DNA from: Acholeplasmataceae bacterium
Lineage (GTDB): Bacteria; Bacillota_I; Bacilli_A; Acholeplasmatales; Acholeplasmataceae
DNA length: 64,000 bases
Direction of reading: 5' to 3'
Assembly: GCA_034005105.1 (NCBI GenBank)
Contig: JAVEVJ010000001.1
Coordinates: forward strand, 5,954-69,953
Shown here: one piece after another, positions 23,028-32,719 of the stretch
Layout: each line of letters opens with the position of its first letter
Numbering within the stretch: the stretch's first letter is position 1
Program-made: the position numbers and the translations under genes
The notes under the pieces: generated by a model
Seen by the model: only the letters and a program-made list of their open reading frames with translations
Told to the model about the DNA's origin: nothing
Databases searched by the model: none

Positions 23028-23074
23028 AACTGGTATAAGAGAATAATCAGATTATGAAAAAATGAGCATACCAG
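23028..23074. promoter_or_regulatory. Candidate PdxR operator
   Basis: CTGGTAT (23030-36) is inverted to ATACCAG (23068-74), with an ATAATCAG variant between them, in the pdxS/pdxR divergent region. Confidence 0.5.
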
Positions 23075-23084
23075 ATGAGGTTTT

Positions 23085-24446
23085 ATGAAAAAACCCAAAT
23101 ATTTGGATATCTATGAACAATTTAAGAAAATGATTTTTCAAGGTTTGTATCAAGAAAACCAAAAATTACCTTCAAAAAGAAAACTTGCAGATAATTTAAA
23201 AGTGAGTCCTTTAACCGTCGAAGCAGCCTATATGCAATTGATTGCAGAAGGATATATTTATGCCATTGAAAAGCGTGGTTATTTTGTTGCTAAACGTGTT
23301 GAATTGATGATGGAACATGATGCGACTGAACACAGCTTTTCAAAACCCAAAGATAAAGAACAATATGCCTTTAATTTTGAAACCAATGTGGTTGATACCA
23401 CACTTTTTCCCAATGCTACATGGGCTAAACTTTCAAGAGAAGTGATTTCTGAAAATCATCATGAGATGCTCAATCAAACACCACCTCAAGGATTGCTAGA
23501 GCTGCGATTAGAGATAGCAAAATACTTAGAACTTTATCGCCAAATCAATATTCATCCTGAACAGATAATTATCGGTTCTGGATCGACTTCACTCATCAGT
23601 ATGCTCGTAGAGCTTTTGGGTAGACATCTTAACTATGCGGTTGAACAACCCGGTTATAAAAAAATCGAACAATTGCTCAAAGCACAGGATGTCAATCTCG
23701 ATTATGCAGCAATTGATAGGATGGGTTTATCGGTTGATCATCTAGTGAATAAAAAAATAGATGTCATCCATGTGACACCTTCACATCAGTTTCCAACAGG
23801 TATCGTCATGCCCATTTCAAGAAGAGCGGAATTACTTAACTGGGCCTTGGAACATCACGCTTATATCATCGAAGATGATTATGACAGCGAGTTTCGTTTT
23901 CAGGGAAAACCCATACCTGCACTGCAAGGTCTTGATCAAAACGATCGCGTCATCTACATGAATACATTTTCGAAGAGTCTTGCACCTAGTTTTCGAATCA
24001 GTTACATGGTGATACCCAGACACTTGTTATCACGCTATCATGAAATGTCTTCATATCATAGTTGTACGGTACCAACTTTTGAACAATACGTGCTCTACAA
24101 GTTTATGAATGGCGGCTATTTTGAAAGACATATCAATCGGATGCGCAATCACTATCGTGAAAAACTTGAAATGATTAGAGATCTCATGAGCTCTGAACCT
24201 TGGATCAAACTTCATGGTGATGAAGCAGGACTTCACTTTTTAATGGAACTTGAATATGGTTTAAATGAAGAAGAGATTGAAAAAAGACTTCATGAACATC
24301 ATCTTCACGCGGTTGTTCTAAATAAAAAATATAGACAATTACTCTACGAACATCCATGTCTAGTCATCGGTTACTCAGGTCTTCAAAAAGACGAAATCAA
24401 AAAAGCATTTAATTCACTTCTTCAATCTATTAAGCCATTAATTTGA
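23085..24446 (+). CDS. pdxR: MocR/GabR-family PLP-binding regulator (PdxR)
   Basis: GntR wHTH (KLPSKRKLA...VEAAYMQL), IIEDDYDSEF, TFSKSLAP with the PLP Lys; divergent from pdxST. Confidence 0.85.
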   Translation: MKKPKYLDIYEQFKKMIFQGLYQENQKLPSKRKLADNLKVSPLTVEAAYMQLIAEGYIYAIEKRGYFVAKRVELMMEHDATEHSFSKPKDKEQYAFNFETNVVDTTLFPNATWAKLSREVISENHHEMLNQTPPQGLLELRLEIAKYLELYRQINIHPEQIIIGSGSTSLISMLVELLGRHLNYAVEQPGYKKIEQLLKAQDVNLDYAAIDRMGLSVDHLVNKKIDVIHVTPSHQFPTGIVMPISRRAELLNWALEHHAYIIEDDYDSEFRFQGKPIPALQGLDQNDRVIYMNTFSKSLAPSFRISYMVIPRHLLSRYHEMSSYHSCTVPTFEQYVLYKFMNGGYFERHINRMRNHYREKLEMIRDLMSSEPWIKLHGDEAGLHFLMELEYGLNEEEIEKRLHEHHLHAVVLNKKYRQLLYEHPCLVIGYSGLQKDEIKKAFNSLLQSIKPLI

Positions 24447-24513
24447 ACTTTATCTCAACAAATGAGTCATATTCATATATAATAATAGTAAATGTATAAC
24501 ATTGGGAGATTAT

Positions 24514-26700
24514 ATGAAAAAATCAATTTGGATAACACTTTTCATTCTACTCGCTTTTTTGGGATCCATAGGTATCCAGTTTGCGATTAACATGCAGATC
24601 AAACCACTTCCTTCAAGACCCGAGGGAGACTATAATTCAGGAGGTGCTGATCGTCTGCTTTATTACATGTATCAAGAACAGTTAGGAACACCCGTTGAAG
24701 GAATTACCTTAACCGATTCATTTATCGATAGTGAACTTGAAGGAACATTTGATTATATCAATGGACGTTTTGATGTTGCTGATTTTAGAGTGAATGCACT
24801 GATTAGACTTTATCTTTCCTATCAAGATCAACTGAGTGAATCAACACAAAACGATATAAAAGATACACTTTTAAATTTTAAGTATTGGATGGATCAGGGT
24901 GGTGAAGACTCCATGTGTTTTTGGTCTGAAAATCATCAAATACTTTTCGCATCTGAAGAATATCTTGTCGGACAAACATTTCCAGATCACACGTTCACGG
25001 TTGATGGTAAAACGGGAAGCGAGCATATGGCAATGGCAAAAAAACGCATTGAGTCATGGCTCTATCAAAGATATACCTATGGTTTTACCGAATGGTATTC
25101 GAATAATTACTATCCTGAAGATATTGGACCTTTATCCAATCTGATCCAGTTTGCAGAAGATGAGGATCTTGTAAAAAAAGCAACGATCGTCATGGATCTC
25201 CTATGGTATGATATGGCATCGCAAAGTTTTAAATATGAAGGTATCGATTCATTAGGTGCACCAAGAACGTACTATATTTTTAATTCATCATCTGGAAGAA
25301 GTTATTCTGATAATCGCGCAAGCGATGATACAGGAAACCGTATGCGTCACTATATTGATTTTGTGATGCAACCTTTAGAAACTAAGAATCTAGAAAATGG
25401 ATGGGGAAGTTCATCGAATGGTTTCTTCAATGCATTTCGTCAAATGATGGAAGCTGAAGATACACTGGGTCAACCCTACTATGTGGTTCCAGAAGTCATC
25501 AAAGCTATCTTCGATGATTCGAGTGAAGAAAAGATCATTAAATCATCGCAATCACTTAATGTTGAAGAACTCGCTGAAGAGGGATTGCTCGGTCAAGAAG
25601 ATCATCAAATCATGATGCAGTGGGCGATGGAGGCATTTAGTAATCCTGAAGTCGTTACTAACACGATTAATTACATCAGCAAACACAAGATGTTTTCAAA
25701 TGAATTTTTAAATGATTTCAAACTCGTCAATCTATGGCCACTCAGAGCATTGAATCTTCTAGGTATGGTGAGCAGTACATTAAAGCCATCAACAAACGGT
25801 GTTGCGATTGAGCGTGCGAATGTCTATACCTACAAGACACATGATTTTATGATGTCAACCGCACAAGCTTATCAGATCGGTGAGTATGCTGATCAACATG
25901 CGATACATCAGTTTAATCTATCCAATGAAGTATCAGTATTTTCAACACAACCAGCTAAAATAGCAAGAAGAAGTGGTACACCTACTTACTGGGTAGGAAA
26001 CGGACGTCAGCCGATGAGTGTTCAAGAAAAAAATATCAACATAACGATCTATCAACCACCAACAAAAGCAGGTTTTATGGAACCGATGGTTGTCAAAGAA
26101 ACGACACATCTCTTTTTTCCAAAACAACTCTTTGATGAAGTTGATGAAACCTATTTAGATCAGGGTATGATCTTCGGTCGTGTAGGCCAAGCGATGATAG
26201 GGATACGTGCACGCTATGCCTTATCTTTCGTACCTTTTGATGTATCAAATGATTCAGACAATCAAGATGATATGCTCAAACGTGGTTCGGTTGGTCAGGT
26301 TTTATCAGAAGAATACGACTTAATACAAGAAGGTAAAGGGGATCACTTTTTTGTAACCGAAATGTCTTCAACAACTAAGGAATCCTTTGAAACATTTGTC
26401 AACCGTGTGCTATCCAATGGACTCAATTATTCAGAATCACTACACAGTGTGACCTATCAAACGATACCGTATTTAGAGACTGAAACAAAGAAAATCAGTG
26501 CTTTCATGGATGGCACATGGACGATAGATGAAGTTATTCAAGATACCGAATATGAACGTTTTGAATCACCTTATGTACAAAATCCTACGTTTTCTACGAT
26601 TTATCCAGTCATTTTTAGAAAACCAGATAACATTTACTTCGCTTTTGGTGGTCATTACTTATCCCTTCACTTTGAGCAGAAAGAAAGGGTGGTAGGATGA
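24514..26700 (+). CDS. Membrane-anchored uncharacterised carbohydrate-active-like protein (paralog of 28854..30695)
   Basis: N-terminal TM. Shares FKYWMD, FWSENHQI, EWxSNxYY, GVAIERAN and YWVGNG with the downstream paralog. Located in a GH105/GPH locus. Confidence 0.55.
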   Translation: MKKSIWITLFILLAFLGSIGIQFAINMQIKPLPSRPEGDYNSGGADRLLYYMYQEQLGTPVEGITLTDSFIDSELEGTFDYINGRFDVADFRVNALIRLYLSYQDQLSESTQNDIKDTLLNFKYWMDQGGEDSMCFWSENHQILFASEEYLVGQTFPDHTFTVDGKTGSEHMAMAKKRIESWLYQRYTYGFTEWYSNNYYPEDIGPLSNLIQFAEDEDLVKKATIVMDLLWYDMASQSFKYEGIDSLGAPRTYYIFNSSSGRSYSDNRASDDTGNRMRHYIDFVMQPLETKNLENGWGSSSNGFFNAFRQMMEAEDTLGQPYYVVPEVIKAIFDDSSEEKIIKSSQSLNVEELAEEGLLGQEDHQIMMQWAMEAFSNPEVVTNTINYISKHKMFSNEFLNDFKLVNLWPLRALNLLGMVSSTLKPSTNGVAIERANVYTYKTHDFMMSTAQAYQIGEYADQHAIHQFNLSNEVSVFSTQPAKIARRSGTPTYWVGNGRQPMSVQEKNINITIYQPPTKAGFMEPMVVKETTHLFFPKQLFDEVDETYLDQGMIFGRVGQAMIGIRARYALSFVPFDVSNDSDNQDDMLKRGSVGQVLSEEYDLIQEGKGDHFFVTEMSSTTKESFETFVNRVLSNGLNYSESLHSVTYQTIPYLETETKKISAFMDGTWTIDEVIQDTEYERFESPYVQNPTFSTIYPVIFRKPDNIYFAFGGHYLSLHFEQKERVVG

Positions 26701-27416
26701 GAACCTTTGGACTTCAGACCTATACTGTTAGAAAACTGATCAAAGAAGATCTTGATTTTACATTGCATGAACTAAAATCAATGAAACTGACCACGCTTGA
26801 ATGTGCACGCATGCCAATTGATCAAATGAGCATCAACAGTTTAAAAAAATATCGTATGAAGGTGATATCCCTTCAGTTGACTTTGAACAAAATCCAAAGA
26901 AAATACAATGAAATTCTCCACTTCTGCAAGGAAACAGGTAACAACAATGTGGTTATCTCGGTTCTTCCCATATGGGCACGAATTCCTTTGATTGGACCAC
27001 GTCTTTTCACATCAAAAGTCAATAAATTATCAAGTAAATATCAAAAAGAAGGTATACGCATCTGTTTTCACCATCATGCTTATGAAATGAAAAAAACACA
27101 GAAGAATTTCTATTTGGATCGTTATTTGAAAAACCTACATCCCCATGTGGGTCTGATCATCGATACCTATTGGATTACTTTAAGGGGACAAGATCCTCTT
27201 GACATCTACAAGCGTTATATTGACCGTGTACAAGGTATTCACTTAAGAGATTATCAAAAAAGTGGTCAAGACATTGAAATCGGTCAAGGAACAATCGATT
27301 TCAAAACATTCATACAAAAGCTCAATACAAACGTCTATACCGTTATAGAGCAAAATGCGAAAGATCCGTTGATCAGCATTCAACAAAGCCTTAACTATTT
27401 GGAGGAAAACATATGA
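26697..27416 (+). CDS. Sugar phosphate isomerase/epimerase (xylose-isomerase-like TIM barrel)
   Basis: GLQTYTVR, FHHHAYE, DTYW, IHLRD, GQGTIDF, IEQ. Confidence 0.8.
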   Translation: MRTFGLQTYTVRKLIKEDLDFTLHELKSMKLTTLECARMPIDQMSINSLKKYRMKVISLQLTLNKIQRKYNEILHFCKETGNNNVVISVLPIWARIPLIGPRLFTSKVNKLSSKYQKEGIRICFHHHAYEMKKTQKNFYLDRYLKNLHPHVGLIIDTYWITLRGQDPLDIYKRYIDRVQGIHLRDYQKSGQDIEIGQGTIDFKTFIQKLNTNVYTVIEQNAKDPLISIQQSLNYLEENI

Positions 27417-28843
27417 CAGAAAAACCTTTTAGCCAAAAAGAAAAATTAATTTTTGCTTGGGGAGATGTTTTTGGTGGTGGCTCACAAGCCATGATTGGTG
27501 TACTCTATCTTATTTTCTTAACAGATATCATCGGCATCAATCCCGCACTTGCAGCTACAGCTATCCTCATTTCTAAAGTATGGGATGCCATCAGTGATCC
27601 GCTCATGGGGGTCATTAGCGATAACACGAGAACACGCTTTGGTCGAAGACGTCCCTACATTTTCTTTGGTGGCATCTTTGTGATGGTCAGTTACTTACTC
27701 ATGTGGTTTCCAATGGGAAGTGGCATTGGCGAATTAACGAAAGCTATTTTTGCTGTATCGACTTACCTCTTTTATAGCACCATTGCTACGGTGGTGATGG
27801 TACCTTATAGTTCCCTTTCTGCTGAAATTACGACAGATACGAAACAAAGAAATAGTACCAATCTGATTCGATTGATCATCTCAACAGCAAGTTCTGCAAT
27901 CTGTACACTCGTTCCTACACTGATTTTAGAACAATTTAAAGCAGGAGCATTTGGAATCGATGTCTTCTATATTGTCGTAGGTATCGGCTTTGGTGTCTTC
28001 TTTGCCCTACCACTCCTTTTGATTGGATTGTTTACGAGAGAAAGAGGTATTCTACCTACTGAAAAATCAACATTTACGTTTAAGACATTTGCAAAACCAC
28101 TCAAAGTCAAAGCTTTTCGAGGATTGGTTTATATGTACCTTTGTCAAAGCATATCGATGGATATTCTATCGGCAGGGATCATCTTTTTTACAACCTACGT
28201 TTTGATCACAGGATCATCAACTGTCTTTTTAGGTATCTTTATCGGCATTCAACTTCTCTTATTTCCTTTAATCAATTATCTAGTCAACAAGATCGACAAA
28301 AAGAAGATCTATTACTATGGATTACCACTCGCAATCCTTTCCTTTTTAGCTGTCGGCCTTTATCCAAGTAACTGGCCAATTTTTGGAGCTTACGTCCTAA
28401 CAGCACTGACAGCCTTAGGATTTGCAGGAGCGCAACTGATGAGTTGGATCATCTTCCCAGATGCAGTTGATGCAGGAGAATTGATCTTAGGTGAAAGACC
28501 TACGGGATCTTTTAGTGGTGTGATGACATTCATACGTAAAACATCCTCTGCGATTGCTATTTGGATATTTGGTATCATGCTAGCTCTATCTGGTTATGTC
28601 AAACCCACCGATTTAAATCCCACGCCCATTCAACCCACATCAGCTGTTTGGGGAATCCGTCTTTCAATGACACTCAGTTTTGCTATTCTGATGACGATCG
28701 GTTATATCGTCAGTCGTCGGTTTGTGTTAACTAAAAAACTATCTGATGACATCAGTATCTTGCTTGAAAAACAAGAAAAACAAGAAACGCTCAATGATCA
28801 GGAAAGTTTAAGAAAAAAAGAGATCGAATCACTCATTCGATAA
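27413..28843 (+). CDS. GPH-family (MelB-like) glycoside/uronide:cation symporter
   Basis: WDAISDPLMG, DNTRTRFGRRRP, PYSSL; about 12 TM. Confidence 0.88.
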   Translation: MTEKPFSQKEKLIFAWGDVFGGGSQAMIGVLYLIFLTDIIGINPALAATAILISKVWDAISDPLMGVISDNTRTRFGRRRPYIFFGGIFVMVSYLLMWFPMGSGIGELTKAIFAVSTYLFYSTIATVVMVPYSSLSAEITTDTKQRNSTNLIRLIISTASSAICTLVPTLILEQFKAGAFGIDVFYIVVGIGFGVFFALPLLLIGLFTRERGILPTEKSTFTFKTFAKPLKVKAFRGLVYMYLCQSISMDILSAGIIFFTTYVLITGSSTVFLGIFIGIQLLLFPLINYLVNKIDKKKIYYYGLPLAILSFLAVGLYPSNWPIFGAYVLTALTALGFAGAQLMSWIIFPDAVDAGELILGERPTGSFSGVMTFIRKTSSAIAIWIFGIMLALSGYVKPTDLNPTPIQPTSAVWGIRLSMTLSFAILMTIGYIVSRRFVLTKKLSDDISILLEKQEKQETLNDQESLRKKEIESLIR

Positions 28844-28853
28844 GGAGGGACTT

Positions 28854-30695
28854 ATGGCTGTTTTAGAAGATGTCGGAATGAAGATCAAGATGAATGTTAA
28901 ATGTTTCAAAGAAATAGTCGAACTTGATCAAGGAAAGACCATTGATGAAACAGATTTACTCGAACTTGTTGACTTTGTAAATAAGCGCTATGACTGTGCT
29001 GATTTTAGAATGCTTGTTTTGATTAAGACATATCATGATTATCGTCATCTACTCAGTCAATCAACCGTAGAAGCTATCAGACAGGCCATCTTGAATTTTA
29101 AATATTGGATGGATGAACCGGGTGAAGATGGGATGTGTTTTTGGTCTGAAAATCACCAGATCATTTTTCATACCTGCGAATACCTAGCAGGTCAGATGTT
29201 TGAACAAGAAACGTTTACAAATGATCAACATTTAGGTATCTATCATATGGATAAAGCAGTCGTAAAAATCAAGCATTGGCTGAAAGACCGGTTTGAATAC
29301 GGTTTTATTGAATGGCACTCGAACACCTATTATGAAGAAGACATCGCTCCATTAATCCTATTGGTAGAACAGGCTAAAGATAAATCCATCGTTGTTCACG
29401 CCAAGATGATTTTAGATTTGCTCTTCCTCGATATGGCAGAGCATACCTTTGAAGGATATTTTACCGTAACATCTGGTCGGTGTTATGAAGCTCAAAAAAA
29501 ATCGGGAAGAGATGCAGATGTCAACGATCTGCTTAAACATGCGTTTGGTATACTGGATCACCCCTATAACTATGAGCGATTATCAACCCTTTTTCTCTTA
29601 ACAAAAGACTATCAAGTACCCGATGTTATTAAAACCATCGCGAGACTAGATGAAAAAGGATTAATCAAAGAATCAATGGGCTTAGATTTAAAAGAAGTTA
29701 AACATGAAATACAAGAAAAAACAAATGATCGACAGGGGATGTATTTTTGGGGAATGGAAGCCTTCACAAATCCGGAATCGATTCAAATGACGATGAAGAT
29801 GTATACCGATTGGAATCTAAAAGATAACAATTTTTTAAGGGATCTCAAGATGATCAGTCATCCTCTCTTAAGAAAATTACACCTCTTACCCCTACTCGTT
29901 CGTCTATTGAATCCAGCAACACGTGGAGTTGCTATTGAGAGAGCTAACAGTTATACGCTACACAAAAAAGATTACATGTTATCTTGTGCACAAACCTATC
30001 ATCCCAAAGCATTTGGGGATCAACAACATCTTTGGCATGCATCATTACCCAACGATGTTCAGATCTTTTCTACACACCCAGGCTCACCGATGTTTGATGA
30101 TCCAGCTCGCAACTTTTCACCATCCTACTGGGTAGGTAACGGGATCAATCCTCTTGCGTGTCAATATGAAAATCGTGTGTTTTTGATGTATAGATTAAAT
30201 CCAAGAAAAGGATTCCTAGAAAGAAAACGACAACGACTCGTTCACTTTTATATTCCCTTTTCAAAAATAGATGAAGTTATCTTAAATGAAAAGTCCATCC
30301 TACTTCGTGTTAAGGATACCTACGCCTCACTTGAGTTTTCAAAAACATATGAGAAAAAAGAAGATGAAATCATCATCCGAGGAAAGCACATACAAGCCAT
30401 CGTGACAATGGGATCAAAGAAAGATGATGAATCATTTGAACACTTTCAAGGAAAAATCATGCAAGAAGAACGAGTCTTATCACGTTTTGGTATCTATCTA
30501 GAAGATCAAAGACATACCTATCGTTTAAACTTTATTGATCGACTCATCGTCGATAAAAAGATCATTCCACTACAATATCATCGGTTCAATACACCTTATG
30601 TCCAAGCAGAAAGAAAGCCAAATGAAATCGAAGTTGTTTACAAGAAACAGGGACTAAAACATACATTTGATCTCTGTGAGAGGGAGGTTTGGTAA
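28854..30695 (+). CDS. Cytoplasmic uncharacterised carbohydrate-active-like protein (paralog of 24514..26700)
   Basis: No signal peptide or TM; same conserved motif blocks; AAGGAGG RBS. Confidence 0.55.
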   Translation: MAVLEDVGMKIKMNVKCFKEIVELDQGKTIDETDLLELVDFVNKRYDCADFRMLVLIKTYHDYRHLLSQSTVEAIRQAILNFKYWMDEPGEDGMCFWSENHQIIFHTCEYLAGQMFEQETFTNDQHLGIYHMDKAVVKIKHWLKDRFEYGFIEWHSNTYYEEDIAPLILLVEQAKDKSIVVHAKMILDLLFLDMAEHTFEGYFTVTSGRCYEAQKKSGRDADVNDLLKHAFGILDHPYNYERLSTLFLLTKDYQVPDVIKTIARLDEKGLIKESMGLDLKEVKHEIQEKTNDRQGMYFWGMEAFTNPESIQMTMKMYTDWNLKDNNFLRDLKMISHPLLRKLHLLPLLVRLLNPATRGVAIERANSYTLHKKDYMLSCAQTYHPKAFGDQQHLWHASLPNDVQIFSTHPGSPMFDDPARNFSPSYWVGNGINPLACQYENRVFLMYRLNPRKGFLERKRQRLVHFYIPFSKIDEVILNEKSILLRVKDTYASLEFSKTYEKKEDEIIIRGKHIQAIVTMGSKKDDESFEHFQGKIMQEERVLSRFGIYLEDQRHTYRLNFIDRLIVDKKIIPLQYHRFNTPYVQAERKPNEIEVVYKKQGLKHTFDLCEREVW

Positions 30696-30696
30696 G

Positions 30697-31752
30697 ATGG
30701 AAGTTATCAAAAAAATCATTGAAGTTGCTGATGACATCACACAAACATGGAATCCAAGAATGAAGTGGATGTGGGGGGAAGCGCTACTTGGATATGCGCT
30801 TTCACTTCTCGATGAGCACTTAAAAAGTGATCGCTATACCGATTTTCTTAAAGCATATTGTGATTACTATGTGGATCATCCACCTAGAGTAGATCAAAGC
30901 GACACATCAGCACCAGGTTTAATCACATACGCGATGTGGAAAAAAACGAACAATGAATCGTATAAAAAACTTACAGATCGCGTGATTCACTACATCATGA
31001 ACGAACCAAGATTGATTGAGGATTCGGTTAATCATTTGGGTAACTCACTTGAAGGTAAATTTTATCCCAAATCGATATGGGTGGATAGTTTGATGATGTT
31101 TTCTGTTTTTCCTGCACGCTATGCAAAAGAACAGCAGGACAAACATATGATGGATGTAGCAGCAAGACAACCACGAATCATGGCGAAATATATGCAAGAC
31201 CCCGAAGAAAAACTTTGGTATCACAGTTATTGGACAACGTGGAAAAAACACTACCCCAAAAACTTATTCTGGGGACGTGGTAACGGATGGGTTATTGCTT
31301 CTCTACCGATGATTTTAGAATCGGTTGAAAATCACGAAGAAAAAGAGACGATCACTAAGATCTTTCAAGAGACAGCTTTTGCACTACTTCCTTATCAAAG
31401 AGAGGATGGTGCTTTTGAAACCATCATCAATCGTCCAGGTAAGACCTATAGAGAATTATCTTTTACAGCATTGGTTGCTGCAGGATTTATTCACGGATAT
31501 CGTTTAAACATCTTGGATAAGACATATCTTGAAGCTGGCAAAAAAGCTTTAGATGCTGTATTAAATGCACTGATTGAAGAAGATGGACATATCTACATGC
31601 CAGAGATAAGTGGTCCGACGATACCACTACCAATTTTTCCATACCTAGGTTATAAATTAACGCCTAAAGGTAAAAATTGGTCCTATGGATTAGCAGCACT
31701 TATCTTTGCAGGAATTCAATATGATCTCTATGAAAAAGAAGCACAAAAATAA
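30697..31752 (+). CDS. Unsaturated uronyl hydrolase, GH105 (GH88-like fold)
   Basis: WMWGEA, IWVDSLMM, WYH, FWGRGNGW motifs; GGGAGG RBS before ATG 30697. Confidence 0.85.
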   Translation: MEVIKKIIEVADDITQTWNPRMKWMWGEALLGYALSLLDEHLKSDRYTDFLKAYCDYYVDHPPRVDQSDTSAPGLITYAMWKKTNNESYKKLTDRVIHYIMNEPRLIEDSVNHLGNSLEGKFYPKSIWVDSLMMFSVFPARYAKEQQDKHMMDVAARQPRIMAKYMQDPEEKLWYHSYWTTWKKHYPKNLFWGRGNGWVIASLPMILESVENHEEKETITKIFQETAFALLPYQREDGAFETIINRPGKTYRELSFTALVAAGFIHGYRLNILDKTYLEAGKKALDAVLNALIEEDGHIYMPEISGPTIPLPIFPYLGYKLTPKGKNWSYGLAALIFAGIQYDLYEKEAQK

Positions 31753-31772
31753 ATGCATTCTAAGAGGATGTT

Positions 31773-32690
31773 ATGAATGAGTTTCTTCAACAACCCAATT
31801 TAATCTTTCTTGTTGAGCATTTGGCTCTTCATTATGATTTGAAGACAATCGATCAAATTCTTTTAGGTATGACGTCTAAGCGAGTTGTTTCACTAAGAAT
31901 CAACACCTTAAAGACGACCAAAGAACATATTTTAAGCGTTCTTGATAGCAAACAAATCACCTATGAAAACATTTCTTGGTTTCATGATGGATTGATTGTT
32001 CACGCTAAAGAGATCGAGCTTGAATCCCTAGATATTTATCAGCAGGGTATGATTTACTTACAGAGTCTATCATCAATGATTCCACCGCTTATCATGGAAT
32101 TAAAGCCTTCGATTGATATTCTAGATATGGCTGCTGCTCCAGGTGGTAAAACGAGCGAAATAGCTCAACTGACAAACAACGAGAGTTTTATCACAGCGTG
32201 TGAAGCTAACCCAATTCGTGCAGAGAAGCTTAAATTTACGCTAGATCGTCAAGGGGTTAAAAAAACAACTGTTCTGATTAAAGATTCCACCCAATTAGAT
32301 GATTTTTTTCAGTTTGATCAGATATTACTGGATGCACCGTGTAGTGGGAGTGGAACGATTTTGTTGCACGATGTAAAAACGTATCAGTTTTTCACAAAAA
32401 AACTTATTGATAAATCAGTAGAAAAACAAAAAGCAATGCTAACAAAAGCAATTAAGTTACTCAAAAGAGGTGGAGAAATCGTCTATTCAACCTGTTCGAT
32501 ATTACCTGATGAAAATGAAGAGATCATTCGGTTTATTCTATCAAAAAAACAAGTAGAACTCATACCTATAGATAACAAACGATTTGAAGGACTTCCTTTA
32601 TTACCTTCAAATCTTAAGGGAACACTTTTGATCATGCCTTCAGCATCTTATGAGGGATTCTTTGTAGCCAAACTAAAGAAAATCAAATAA
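31773..32690 (+). CDS. NOL1/NOP2/Sun-family RNA m5C methyltransferase (RsmF-like)
   Basis: YLQSLSSMIP, LDMAAAPGGKT, LLDAPCSGSG, VYSTCS. Confidence 0.88.
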   Translation: MNEFLQQPNLIFLVEHLALHYDLKTIDQILLGMTSKRVVSLRINTLKTTKEHILSVLDSKQITYENISWFHDGLIVHAKEIELESLDIYQQGMIYLQSLSSMIPPLIMELKPSIDILDMAAAPGGKTSEIAQLTNNESFITACEANPIRAEKLKFTLDRQGVKKTTVLIKDSTQLDDFFQFDQILLDAPCSGSGTILLHDVKTYQFFTKKLIDKSVEKQKAMLTKAIKLLKRGGEIVYSTCSILPDENEEIIRFILSKKQVELIPIDNKRFEGLPLLPSNLKGTLLIMPSASYEGFFVAKLKKIK

Positions 32691-32719
32691 AAAAAGTGAT
32701 TCAACCGAATCACTTTTTT
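32690..32719. terminator. Bidirectional terminator
   Basis: AAAAAAGTGATT/AATCACTTTTTT 12-bp stem between convergent genes. Confidence 0.85.
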
